From positions 2,457 to 66,456 of the IMG/VR virus record IMGVR_UViG_3300044641_003209: a DNA stretch of 64,000 bases; one strand, written 5' to 3'. The notes beneath the pieces are model-generated. The model ran no database searches. It was not told where the DNA came from and saw only the letters and a list, made by a program, of their open reading frames with translations. The position numbers were made by a program, and so were the translations under genes. Positions 11,801 through 20,952 of this stretch are shown here, one piece after another; positions within the stretch are counted from its first letter, which is position 1, and each line of letters begins with the position of its first letter. This DNA comes from a virus.

Positions 11801-14800
11801 CACTGGCATCGGCTACCAAGTATGTCTCGGATCAACTGCGTGCCAATGGTTCTATGGACCAACTGGGCATCAAGGAAAAGGATGTCCGCAGCTATCTGAT
11901 TTCTGTGCTGGCTCCTAATGACTGGCAGAAGATGGGCGAGTTGTACTTGTCTCGTACCATGAAGCCTAACCTGCGTGAGCAAATGTCTGAGGCTGTCAAC
12001 ACCGTTATCGGTGCGGCAGAATCACGCAAGGGTGGAAGCGCTTACAAGCGTAATCCTTTGCAGACATTGGCTGAGGTTAGCGCTAACGTCCCTGATGCTT
12101 ACTTCGACAGGGCTTATGACAACTACGTACCGAAGTTCGTAGAAGCTCAGGAGCATGCAGCGACCATCGCTGAGAAGGCTGGCATTGAGGATGTCCGTGA
12201 CGTATGGCGGTATCTCGAATGGCAGAATGCAGGCAAGCGCCCGCGCGACAAGCAAACACTTATGGAGCGTTGGGCACGCCGCAATACTGAGCCTGTAGAG
12301 TTCTCGAATGATAAGGCTACGGATATCGGTCGCAAGATTGATGGCATCGTCAATACAGATGGAGACGTGTACTATGCCTACGACAGGCTGAAGTCATACG
12401 TCGTTGAGGACAAGGGTGCTCAGGCATTCCAAGAGATCCTCGACTACAATCTGCTTGGCAATCCAAAGAACCCGCGCATGAACCTGCGCAACATCCCGTA
12501 CATCCGTAACGCCGCTCTCTTCCCAGCACTGTATGCGCTGGATAGTTACGTTGAAAAGTTGGAAGATGACGAGACCTACATGGGTATCCCAGGTAAGGTT
12601 ATCAAGAACTTCCTAGGCGACGGCGAGACAATGACCTACGCGGCGGCTGGTCTCTTTGGCGTGGGCATGAAGGTGACGAATAAGCCTGGCCAAGCTAAGG
12701 GATATCGCGCTCGTATGGGTGATGCCGCTCGTAAGATGATTGATTCGAGTCGTAAGATGATTAGCTCGGACAATCGTTCAGTTGCACGCATGGCACCAGA
12801 GATGCAGAGTAAGCTGGGTGATGAGTACATGGCCCTGACCTACCCTACAATCAAGCCGGAAACTCCAGCGTACCAAGCGAAGAAGTCTGAATGGCTACGC
12901 GCTCAGTACGAAGCTGATCTATCTGGAGGACGTGTCATAGATGTATTCAATAAGCTGCGTGAAACAAGCACGGCAGGCACAGTTGGAATTATGACGAAGT
13001 TCTTCGCCGACATAAATAACCTTGGCATGCGCTCGCAGTTTGTCAAGGAGTATATCGTCGATGCCTCTGTCAACCAACAGACAAAGATCCGTCAACTAAG
13101 CAAGCAGGTAGAGGAACCAATCAATGCTGTGCTTCCAGGATTGGTATCGAAGTACAAGAGAACACCAGAGTTCTGGGATGCACTGTGGGCAATGGACTAT
13201 CGCATGAGCGGACTGGAGTTATCCTCTAAAGATGTATCTGCTGAAGTTGCAACGCTTGCTCGTGAAGAAGTAGAGAACGAAATAAAGCGTGAGTTCTTTT
13301 CAAAGAAGGGGGCTGGTGATGTTTACCAGCTTGATGAGCGTACATGGGGTGACTTTATGGCATTTCAAAATGCTCTCAACAGTCTACGTAAAGAACACCT
13401 ACGCGCTTTAGTTTCAAAGTCCATGGGCATCAACTCATGGGGCATCGAGTCTCACTACGGAGAACTCAAGATCCGCAAGGATGCTACACTCGAAGCTCAT
13501 GGTTCCGCCCGTGAAGCAGCCGAATTAGCTAAGCAACGTCTTGATGGATATGTGTCTCAATACAATGCTATCGTCAAGGCACAAGGACGTGAAGCAGCAA
13601 ATCAAGCGATACCTGGTTACAAGGAGATTCGCAAGGATCTACGTAAAGCCTATGCCGAAGCTGATGGAACACTGCGTCAGTTTGCTATGGAGCTCGAAGG
13701 TATCCAGAATCGCATGGATAAGATCCGCGATCTTGATGCCATGGTAGAGAAGTCAACATCGAACCGTTACCTGTATCGTCACCGTGACGGCAAGGCTCCA
13801 TTCGTGCTACGCTTGGAGTTCAACAAGGATACAGGTTTGCCTTCCGTGCGACGCGAGTACACCAACATACGCGATGCTGAACTAGGCCGCGCCGAATATC
13901 TGCGTGAGGCTGTCAAGAAAAGGATTGAGAGCCAAGGTGGATATGAAAAGCTAGTAGATGCCCGCAAGAAGTTGCAAGATGAACTTGAAGAGCTAACGTC
14001 GCTTGACGAGGTGACACCACAATCTGACAAACGAATCCGTGCTATCAATGCTGAACTTGACAAGCTCGATGGACTTAAGCCAGTAACTGAGATGACGGAT
14101 GCTGAGGTATTCCGCTTTGCTCGTACCTACGATATGCTTGGCGCTCAGCAAACAATCCGCGATATGCGTGGACGCTTGGCTATAAGGCGCGGAACAGCTA
14201 CGGCAAACATGATCATCGACCAGATTATGTCAGCCTCTGACCCTATCCGTGCACAGATCATTACACGCACAGTAGACCAAGGTTCTATTAGCCCACGCTA
14301 CATCGACGGTAAGGGTAACGCTTCACTCGTGGATTCCAATAATGGCGACGTCATGATGTTCGCAGAGAAGGATGCTCCGACCGTAGATGATATGGTAGAA
14401 GCTATTATCGGACGTGTTGATGAACCCGTTGACCGAGCGCAACTGCGTGAGCTTATCGAGCGCGAGTACACTTACCGAGATAAGACTATTGGTAATGGCG
14501 GAAAGGAAGTTGAGACTGTATGGATAGATATGGCAGCGATGCGTAAGGCAGTTAGCGCATATCTCGATCCATACATTCCGAACCTTCTCAAGCGTAATAA
14601 CTTCATTGGCTACTACAATCCTGATGGTACATGGGATACAAAGAAGAAGATCGACTATACAGTCGAATCTATCGAGACAATGCTAGGTCAGATCCGTAGC
14701 TACAATCAGCAGACGGCACTGCGCCGCTCTATCTCCGAGGCTACAGACTGGCTGAATAAGTATGACATCAACAATGGCCTGCGTGAGTACGTCGTTGGTA

Positions 14801-17166
14801 TGACGCACTACAATGAACCTATCTTCAATGAAGATGTAATCAAAACTCTAGCCGAGTATGAAGGTGCCACGAGCCGTATGATATCTATGGGTACGCTCTT
14901 TGCTAACGTCGGCAGTGCTATTGGCAACCGCTTGCAGGGTATCGCCACATCATTTGCTAACGGTATGCAGAATGCCGTTACCCGCTATGGTGTGCGCAAG
15001 GTCAACACTGACGGCACAGAAGGGCAGATTGAATGGCTACCTAGTCAAGCTGCCGCTGACGCTTATGTGTATAGCAAGCAGCAGGAAGGTGATCCATCGT
15101 GGCGTACTGTCGAAGGCATGAAGTGGAAGGGCCTCTTCAATGCAAAGACGTACGGCTATGGTGTAGCTGCATCGGTTGCACCTGGTATTACGCTGAAGTA
15201 TCTGGCCAAGCTGGATGGATATGGCGTAAAGCCTAAGTCTGAGTATGGATATTGGGCGATGATCTATGACCAGCAGAGACTAGCGAATCTCGAACAAGGT
15301 GGCGTCACCGGTAACTATGCTATCCGTGAGGGTATCAAAACAGGAATGCTTGAGCAGAAGGCCGAGGTAGCAGCAACGGCAATCACCAGCTACGTCGAGC
15401 GTGCCAATAACTTTGGCTCTATTCTTTGGGCTGGAGCTACAAGCGAAACCAAGTTTGGTCTAACCTCAACGGACTGGGGTGCGCTCAATGCTGGTCAGCG
15501 AAGCGACGTGGTAAATCAGGCGCTCATCCCATATCAAGAACAGATCAAGGTTAACTCCGCAGCTCGTGAACTTATCCAGCAGGAAATTGCCACGTTACAA
15601 AAGGAGATGGAGACAGCTACTCCAACTGAGCGCATATCCATGCAGAAGCGTCTGGATATGAAAGTTGATAAGCTAAGCCGCACGAAGAACGAACGCGACA
15701 TCCTCGTAGATCAACTCACCGATTACCTCGTATACAATCGTGGATTAGAGCAAGGTAACTGGGACCCAATCAGCAAGGCCAAGTTCGAGCGCATGATCCT
15801 AGCTGCTCCAGGCGGACGTCTGGCTATGACGATGACGGCTCCTATCCTGCGTTCGATGAATGCTTGGTCCGGCATGGCCCGCCGTGCCGGTGCTACACAA
15901 GGTGGAAAGATTGATAAGCTAGGACGCGCAGCCGCTCCGCTCATGGGTGCATCAATCCTGACGACGCTGCTTGGTGGTGCTGCTAGTATGGCTATGGCTC
16001 CAGGTGGTATCTTCCTTGCTGATATAGCTAACATCGCCGAGTATCTCTACGCTCAGCTCTCAAATGAGGAAGGCGATAAGCTCGACAATGTTGCTCCGCG
16101 TCAGATGTGGGAGAAGATCGCTGAGGATATGGCTCCGAAGTATGGTGTCAAGCCAGAAGATGCTCGCAACTTTGTTCGCGCATTCTGGTCAGAAGGTCTC
16201 ATCCGATATCACTATGATGTTAACATCTCATCCGGTGCTGGAGTCTATGACCTAACAACAGGTGGAACACCAGCGCAGACAGTCATTAGCGTTGGTAAGG
16301 CTGGATACAAGGCAGCAGAGGATATCGTCAACGCCTTCGGTGGTACGGCAACGCCATACGATTTCATGTGGAGCATTAGTAGCGCCCTGCCTACATCAGC
16401 CAAGCGTCTGACACAGACAGGTCTAAACCTCATACCTGCATCGGCTGGTGGCCAAGGTGCTGTCAAGCTCGACCGTGACGGTAACCCTATCATCGACCAG
16501 TTCACAGGTCAACCACAGGTACTGTCGGGCTGGGACCTAACACGGCAGACAATCCTTGGTAAGCCATGGAAAGACACACGCAGTATGCTCGTCACGCGCG
16601 AAGGTGGAACGCCACTCTACACCGCCAATGATCGTGCTGCATGGGCGAACCATTTGATCGCTACGCCGTACGTACGCTTCGGAACAACTGGCAAGAATGA
16701 AGTAGGCAACGCAGCATTCTTTGAGCGCAATGCCGAGGAACTCCAGAAGGCGATCACTGCCAAGTACGATACCTACCGCAAGATGGTAGAGGATGGGCGC
16801 AACACTATCCTCGATATCTATCGTAAGAATGAGCGCGTCCGACTGAGCAATGGTGAATCCCGTACCTTCCGTGAGATCCTTGCTGAGACAGCTACGTCGG
16901 GTATCATTCCAGAAACCGAGCTCAAAGGCAGAGGCGCTGAGAGTGTGCGCGATAAACTTCTGACGCTGGCTGATACATGGGGCCGTAGCCGTGCTGCCGC
17001 TGAGGCGGTACAAGAATACTACGGTGGAAATGTGTCAGTAGTTATCACTGATGATTTGCTGTCCGAGCCGTCGGCTGATGAATTTGCACTTAATAAACTT
17101 CGCAAGCTCTACAAGGAAGCCTACAAGCGAGGCAACATCAGGCGTAGGTTTAGGACGGCTCCGTAA
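8821..17166 (+). CDS. Giant internal virion / DNA ejection protein
   Basis: 2781 aa; Gly/Ala-rich hydrophobic segments near both ends and long helical/coiled-coil centre; typical position of a podophage ejectosome protein. Confidence 0.6.
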   Translation: MPTQFNWLDLSDQEDQQQRKKRENDWLQYAWAGENQLRAKLLGLARDPVYITQEDERRALDYERATQQTPQRRVFDEEPGVQRIGSLSASDQRRWDELTPGERLAQRMSYAMQTGVGGILTGARLLPESQKGGGFVGEVTDFARAAAMAPGQTIADIGGAIADFVTGNTGRNQNYNIYGNRPQDYSNYGGVGQTLGSIAPDIGLAIATFGGTAAASTAMAGSKIPALARLGRMAVGSAEAAPTAITAFGRAITPAATRLTRVAATTAAALPTALNVAPEVVAGRMSPVEGVAMTGMAGLGGTLAAGTWGGSRLANFLSDMGVNMATQAGSEAVTLLPGGAEFDAAQAWKNMLYGAGLGAAFGVMNAAPMQGEGQRAVLGQRPVEGPAPTPVEPTVTGTMAKPVQIARETERMLFGGEPTLAETATPEQANLAFQQMRKRPMADYATLRPNEAGDITSLSDAYLRGETEQAYPGVSKSAIANAADMERKTYAASLATEFQGNPDVLVKLLDLEVQPGEITPQNAKQVLASKIENEWLNQAANGKGLAAVEGMLRQAGLRQGPQAAAPAPETGIAPIAEAPPQEAPTTGLVAPVQGVELPSEGYLPYSPSGFETARAVREAGIPVGPRAELPAAPESTAPLAGPMELPPVAPEVQQAIDQATAVSDLTGIPVEEILPKDSDAYQAYSQQRLLPEAAPMEPQAQESIAPTEAQRTQAEQLPMEFEQKAKRKRIARTIARNDAEASILDSISEAVPDKVSVSETAVASIDPRDAVPNKIGQQIATWTERLSSQATELDRSRGRRAAADLTKLAEMLRGDGAEIKIAPPTQGSRYSMFEEFVAELSDLTPRELRTAVRDGQTLFAGDNIEIKPVTTEGAKNTYTVNFLNKNMLGVIEDSFLSARETAAPTVKQKAVESEQIRTTSDRIYGTSEEIRAIFDDETSPDAIFREGPDIAMESPAAMMESTGHDPSLDAPMFTDEAASIEEIKSSWRGNFSRALASATKYVSDQLRANGSMDQLGIKEKDVRSYLISVLAPNDWQKMGELYLSRTMKPNLREQMSEAVNTVIGAAESRKGGSAYKRNPLQTLAEVSANVPDAYFDRAYDNYVPKFVEAQEHAATIAEKAGIEDVRDVWRYLEWQNAGKRPRDKQTLMERWARRNTEPVEFSNDKATDIGRKIDGIVNTDGDVYYAYDRLKSYVVEDKGAQAFQEILDYNLLGNPKNPRMNLRNIPYIRNAALFPALYALDSYVEKLEDDETYMGIPGKVIKNFLGDGETMTYAAAGLFGVGMKVTNKPGQAKGYRARMGDAARKMIDSSRKMISSDNRSVARMAPEMQSKLGDEYMALTYPTIKPETPAYQAKKSEWLRAQYEADLSGGRVIDVFNKLRETSTAGTVGIMTKFFADINNLGMRSQFVKEYIVDASVNQQTKIRQLSKQVEEPINAVLPGLVSKYKRTPEFWDALWAMDYRMSGLELSSKDVSAEVATLAREEVENEIKREFFSKKGAGDVYQLDERTWGDFMAFQNALNSLRKEHLRALVSKSMGINSWGIESHYGELKIRKDATLEAHGSAREAAELAKQRLDGYVSQYNAIVKAQGREAANQAIPGYKEIRKDLRKAYAEADGTLRQFAMELEGIQNRMDKIRDLDAMVEKSTSNRYLYRHRDGKAPFVLRLEFNKDTGLPSVRREYTNIRDAELGRAEYLREAVKKRIESQGGYEKLVDARKKLQDELEELTSLDEVTPQSDKRIRAINAELDKLDGLKPVTEMTDAEVFRFARTYDMLGAQQTIRDMRGRLAIRRGTATANMIIDQIMSASDPIRAQIITRTVDQGSISPRYIDGKGNASLVDSNNGDVMMFAEKDAPTVDDMVEAIIGRVDEPVDRAQLRELIEREYTYRDKTIGNGGKEVETVWIDMAAMRKAVSAYLDPYIPNLLKRNNFIGYYNPDGTWDTKKKIDYTVESIETMLGQIRSYNQQTALRRSISEATDWLNKYDINNGLREYVVGMTHYNEPIFNEDVIKTLAEYEGATSRMISMGTLFANVGSAIGNRLQGIATSFANGMQNAVTRYGVRKVNTDGTEGQIEWLPSQAAADAYVYSKQQEGDPSWRTVEGMKWKGLFNAKTYGYGVAASVAPGITLKYLAKLDGYGVKPKSEYGYWAMIYDQQRLANLEQGGVTGNYAIREGIKTGMLEQKAEVAATAITSYVERANNFGSILWAGATSETKFGLTSTDWGALNAGQRSDVVNQALIPYQEQIKVNSAARELIQQEIATLQKEMETATPTERISMQKRLDMKVDKLSRTKNERDILVDQLTDYLVYNRGLEQGNWDPISKAKFERMILAAPGGRLAMTMTAPILRSMNAWSGMARRAGATQGGKIDKLGRAAAPLMGASILTTLLGGAASMAMAPGGIFLADIANIAEYLYAQLSNEEGDKLDNVAPRQMWEKIAEDMAPKYGVKPEDARNFVRAFWSEGLIRYHYDVNISSGAGVYDLTTGGTPAQTVISVGKAGYKAAEDIVNAFGGTATPYDFMWSISSALPTSAKRLTQTGLNLIPASAGGQGAVKLDRDGNPIIDQFTGQPQVLSGWDLTRQTILGKPWKDTRSMLVTREGGTPLYTANDRAAWANHLIATPYVRFGTTGKNEVGNAAFFERNAEELQKAITAKYDTYRKMVEDGRNTILDIYRKNERVRLSNGESRTFREILAETATSGIIPETELKGRGAESVRDKLLTLADTWGRSRAAAEAVQEYYGGNVSVVITDDLLSEPSADEFALNKLRKLYKEAYKRGNIRRRFRTAP

Positions 17167-18118
17167 ACATCATGGCAACAGTAGCCTTGGTGATCTCCGG
17201 TGATGTAGCATGAGCCAGGGCCAGGTCGATAGCAGCTATCTTGGCCTGGTCCGGCACGACATCCCTGAGCATGCGGTATCCCCATCCCCCGACGATGCTA
17301 TACTTGCCGACGGTGGCATTGCAAGCGAAGGATTCTATGGCATCCGACACGGGTATGTGCAACGTGTGGGCCAAGGAAGATATGCTTTGTGCTACCGACA
17401 GTAGGGTAGTCTGCTTGTCATAGCAGATCATCGGCGGTCCATAACAGGCAACGAGCGCCTGCGGGAACGTAGTGGCAATGTCAGCGAGGAACTTCTGCGA
17501 TGGCCTATCTCCGAACAAGATAGAGATAGCATCCGACAGCGTGATGCTGATGGTTCGTTCCAGCGATATGGTAGCCTTACCATTGTCACTCCATACACCA
17601 CGTTGTTCCAGTCCGATCACTGGCTGGTAGTCTGCCTTGGTAGGGGAGAGCTTGGGTAGAACCACCACCCTACCGTTGACTGCTTCGGGTAGGTAGCGGT
17701 CATCGGGGAAGTAGTGCACGATAGCCACGGCAATCTCGAAGGCATCCACCAAGGTAGGAGACATATACACCTCCTTGGAGAACGTGTCGATAATTATGCA
17801 GCGCTTCTCGTAGTTCCAGATCTTTACCCTACCATACTGCACACTGCATTCATCTAGTGTTTTCGGTGGAGTGTACACCCATGGAACATTGAGCTTATGG
17901 TGTGGCTGTACTTCCTGAAAGGCGTAGTAGTATTGCTTGCCGTGGTCAGCCCAGAACACCCCACCCGTGGAAGCCATAGCGATGAGCGTCTCCGCTCCTA
18001 CGGCACTGACAGCATCGGCGGTAGGGAATGGGCCATTGATCTCGCCCTCGCTGATGTCGAGGCTTATACGTGCGGCCATTGCTGAGCCAGAAGGATCATT
18101 GCTACACCGATCATCCAC
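17150..18118 (-). CDS. Hypothetical protein
   Basis: 322-aa ORF, convergent with the ejection gene, in an operon downstream of the recombinase. Confidence 0.6.
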   Translation of the reverse strand: MDDRCSNDPSGSAMAARISLDISEGEINGPFPTADAVSAVGAETLIAMASTGGVFWADHGKQYYYAFQEVQPHHKLNVPWVYTPPKTLDECSVQYGRVKIWNYEKRCIIIDTFSKEVYMSPTLVDAFEIAVAIVHYFPDDRYLPEAVNGRVVVLPKLSPTKADYQPVIGLEQRGVWSDNGKATISLERTISITLSDAISILFGDRPSQKFLADIATTFPQALVACYGPPMICYDKQTTLLSVAQSISSLAHTLHIPVSDAIESFACNATVGKYSIVGGWGYRMLRDVVPDQAKIAAIDLALAHATSPEITKATVAMMFTEPS

Positions 18119-18324
18119 AGTTTATTGTTCTCGAAGCTCATAAGCAGTCCCAGTCCGCACCCCATCAGTACGCCATGGGGACCGGGCCATGCAGACGAAC
18201 ACAGTTCTACCCACATGAAGCGAGCGGGGAAGGTCATGATATAGCCTGCCAGTGGCCAGTCTTTGAGCTTGGTGATACCGGCGAAGTAGCTACCGAGAGC
18301 GAGCATAACAAGGAAAGGTGTCAT
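18064..18324 (-). CDS. Small membrane protein
   Basis: 86 aa, several hydrophobic segments, ATGA-coupled to the recombinase stop. Confidence 0.5.
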   Translation of the reverse strand: MTPFLVMLALGSYFAGITKLKDWPLAGYIMTFPARFMWVELCSSAWPGPHGVLMGCGLGLLMSFENNKLWMIGVAMILLAQQWPHV

Positions 18325-19280
18325 TGTGTAACCTCATGGTTAGCGAAGTTTGAGAATCCGTTGGCGATGGTAGAGCGTGAGACGTTATCGTAGAAGTGTC
18401 CGGCGTAGCGCAATGTAGTACGCATATCGCTGTGACCCAAGAGTTGCTGTGCTTGCTTGAGACCAACGTGATCTGAGATGATACTGGCACAAGTGAAGCG
18501 GAACATGTGTGGAGTGATGTGACCACAGCCATGGTAGCGGGCGTGACGCTCCAAGTGGTGACGCATAGACATCTCCAATCCTGCATTGTGATTGTTGTTG
18601 ACGTCCATGAAGAACCAATCGCTTTGCAGGCGCACGTTCAGGTAGCGGTAGATCGCCTCACCAACTGGACGACCGTTCGGAAGCAGTACATCCAGTGGAA
18701 TATGGATGGTATGCGGCGCGTTATTGGCAGACTTCAAGCGGCGCATCTTGATCGTCATCTCCGTCTCGGTCAAAGTGTAATCGCTGTTCTTGATGTCAAC
18801 GATAGCCCTGTGCCGCGCTCCGGTTAGAAGCAGTAGTGCTGCTAGGCAATACGTACGGGCAGCCGTGAAGTCATGCGGATCATCGGTAAGGAATCCATCA
18901 AAGAGTTTCTTGAGGGTATCCCGTTGGATGATACGCTCGGCTACTGGCTTGTTCGGCTTGAACCTACGGTTGCCTTCCTTAGCCCACCACTTGTAGTCGT
19001 CGTCCGAAAGCAGGCCATGGTAGTTAGCGAACTGCGCGAGCATCACCATGCCAAAGGAACGGTGAGATTTGCTCTCGTCCTCTAAAGCAATGTCAAGCTG
19101 ACGCATAAGCTCAGGGCCAGTGACTCCAGAGACGAACACTTGCTCGGCTGCTGGGGTCATGAAGTACCGCATGCGGCGGGCTGTACCGTTTGATAATTGG
19201 CGCCCCGTTGTCTTGCTCACGCGCATCATATAGTGCTTGAGCGATTGGTTTAGGGCATCCGTTGTTGGGAACTGTGACAT
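18321..19280 (-). CDS. Tyrosine recombinase/integrase (XerC/D-like)
   Basis: Catalytic set: TGAR (R), K in RRLKS, HITPHMFR (HxxR), LLGHSDMRTTLRY (H, Y). AGGAGG RBS. No obvious N-terminal arm-binding domain. Confidence 0.9.
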   Translation of the reverse strand: MSQFPTTDALNQSLKHYMMRVSKTTGRQLSNGTARRMRYFMTPAAEQVFVSGVTGPELMRQLDIALEDESKSHRSFGMVMLAQFANYHGLLSDDDYKWWAKEGNRRFKPNKPVAERIIQRDTLKKLFDGFLTDDPHDFTAARTYCLAALLLLTGARHRAIVDIKNSDYTLTETEMTIKMRRLKSANNAPHTIHIPLDVLLPNGRPVGEAIYRYLNVRLQSDWFFMDVNNNHNAGLEMSMRHHLERHARYHGCGHITPHMFRFTCASIISDHVGLKQAQQLLGHSDMRTTLRYAGHFYDNVSRSTIANGFSNFANHEVTQ

Positions 19281-19286
19281 CTCATC

Positions 19287-19317
19287 CTCCTGTAAGTAAG
19301 TGTAACTTACATAGGAG
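19287..19317. promoter_or_regulatory. Inverted repeat over the recombinase RBS (TGTAAGT-N7-ACTTACA)
   Basis: 19291-19297 and 19305-19311 are perfect 7-bp inverted arms around a 7-bp spacer, extended by CTCC/GGAG. Confidence 0.5.
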
Positions 19318-19339
19318 ACGTCAATGTTCCAAGGTTATT

Positions 19340-19558
19340 TTATCCGGTAGGATTATCCGTAGCTGTGTCGTCGTTATTCGGTATCGGTCGGTAGAATCTT
19401 TGCTCGGCTTCTTCCCACCAGTCACCAATACCAGCCCAGTCATTGGCAATCATGATCGTACCATCATCTGGTGGTTGCCATGTGGCGAGGTTGCCATCCC
19501 ATAGGCAGACGTTGTAAACAAGGTTGTCTTTGACCATTGTGTAGCGCATAGGTTCCAT
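19340..19558 (-). CDS. Small tail-fibre-associated protein
   Basis: 72 aa (MEPMRYTMVKDNLVYNVCLWDG..AGIGDWW..FYRP), the type of small protein usually found right after Gly-rich fibres. Confidence 0.6.
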   Translation of the reverse strand: MEPMRYTMVKDNLVYNVCLWDGNLATWQPPDDGTIMIANDWAGIGDWWEEAEQRFYRPIPNNDDTATDNPTG

Positions 19559-19559
19559 T

Positions 19560-20696
19560 TTATGCTCCGTAATATTCAATGACAACACATAGACCGTTGC
19601 CACCATTGCCACCTGCTCCTGAGTTCTGTCCATCACGAGAGGCACCTCCTCCACCTCCTCCTGATGCACGTCCACCATTCCCGCCGTTGCCTCCTCCGAC
19701 CGTTGCAGCCAAGTCACCTGTAAATCCTCCTCCGCCCCCAGTTCCTATTGCATTAGTTAAGGTGTTGTCGATATCGTAAATGTATTTATTAGCAACATCA
19801 GTACCATTGCTACCTGATGATCCAGCGATGGCAGAACCACCAGCAGGTCCCGATATTAGAGTACCTCCGTTGTAAATAGCACCACCACTTCCCCCAGCCG
19901 TTGTTGCTATCGCAGTTGTTGACATACCACGTCCGCCACCGCCACCAGACGCAGCCGATGCACCAATGAAACCAGTAGTACCATCTGATGTTGTAGTTGA
20001 GTTGTTTCGTCCTGATCCACCAGCCCCACCACTCAAGGCATACGGACCGTATGGCGGTGTCGCTAAAGTTGCTGATCCACCAGACCCACCAGAAACTGCG
20101 CTGCTTGCAGCACCACCAGCCCCACCACTACCTCCTTGCGCGAGGACCAAAGAACCAAATGATGATCCACCACCCTGAGGACCAGTGTTGCCATTCGTGT
20201 TGTTGACAGTCTGTGCAGCACCACCAGCGCCACCAGCGCCGACGGTGATCGCATAAGTCGCATTGAGTAGTTGAGCTTTTCGAATAAGACGCGTCGCCAT
20301 TCCCCCACCACCACCACCGGCACCGCCTGAGTTATTAGTTGACGATGGTCCTCTTCTGCCCGATCCTCCTCCGCCTCCTGCACCAAGACAGATTATAAGA
20401 GCACCCCAAAAGTTTGACGCCGTCGGTTTCGTCCACGTGTCGTTTGCCGTGTATTCTCGAATGACGGGATTGGTGCCGGAACCGCCCGCAGTTGTTAGGT
20501 CGTACTCCGTACCCGCATCGTTCTTGAAATAGACTTTTCCGTCTGTCTTTGCATAGATCACACCATAACCAGACGACGGCGTTCCTAGTGAGGATGCCTG
20601 CTCGGCAAGGATGTTCCCCTGACCTGCGATCAGCTGATCGGCGTCCGGGTGCTCTTGCAAGTTGCCTGTGGTCGTTATCGGTCTTTTGTTCGCCAT
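19560..20696 (-). CDS. Glycine-rich tail fibre / receptor-binding-like protein
   Basis: 378 aa; TWTKP..GAGGGGGSG, repeated GGxGG, C-terminal GGNGLCVVIEY. Confidence 0.75.
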   Translation of the reverse strand: MANKRPITTTGNLQEHPDADQLIAGQGNILAEQASSLGTPSSGYGVIYAKTDGKVYFKNDAGTEYDLTTAGGSGTNPVIREYTANDTWTKPTASNFWGALIICLGAGGGGGSGRRGPSSTNNSGGAGGGGGGMATRLIRKAQLLNATYAITVGAGGAGGAAQTVNNTNGNTGPQGGGSSFGSLVLAQGGSGGAGGAASSAVSGGSGGSATLATPPYGPYALSGGAGGSGRNNSTTTSDGTTGFIGASAASGGGGGRGMSTTAIATTAGGSGGAIYNGGTLISGPAGGSAIAGSSGSNGTDVANKYIYDIDNTLTNAIGTGGGGGFTGDLAATVGGGNGGNGGRASGGGGGGASRDGQNSGAGGNGGNGLCVVIEYYGA

Positions 20697-20902
20697 TAGC
20701 TCAAAAGTGTTTCCGTGCCCGCGTCATTCTTGAAATACAGTAAACCGTTCGTCTTTACATACAACACGCCATAACCAGATGCCGGGGTTGATAGTGAACT
20801 AGCTTGTTCTGCTAAAATCAACCCCTGACCACACAACAGACCATCGGCGTCCGGGTGTTCTTGCAGTACGGCCGGTGTTGTGATCGGTCGATTGACTGCC
20901 AT
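20696..20902 (-). CDS. Stand-alone paralog of the tail-fibre N-terminal domain
   Basis: 68 aa that align without gaps to the first 68 aa of 19560..20696 (RPITT..LQEHPDAD..GQG.ILAEQASSL.TP.SGYGV.Y.KT.G..YFKNDAGTE). TAATG-coupled. Confidence 0.75.
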   Translation of the reverse strand: MAVNRPITTPAVLQEHPDADGLLCGQGLILAEQASSLSTPASGYGVLYVKTNGLLYFKNDAGTETLLS

Positions 20903-20924
20903 TATGTTTCCAGTTTGTTAAACC

Positions 20925-20952
20925 ATGTTTCCGAAATTCGTTTCGGGAACAT
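20925..20952. repeat. 28-bp imperfect palindrome (11-6-11)
   Basis: ATGTTTCCGAA-ATTCGT-TTCGGGAACAT; 10 of 11 arm positions pair. Confidence 0.7.

Noticed and set aside
5339-17166. Virion RNA polymerase as in crAss-like or N4-like phages
   Set aside because: No DFDxD/NADFDGD or recognisable single-subunit RNAP motifs seen by eye; a structure search would be needed to exclude it fully
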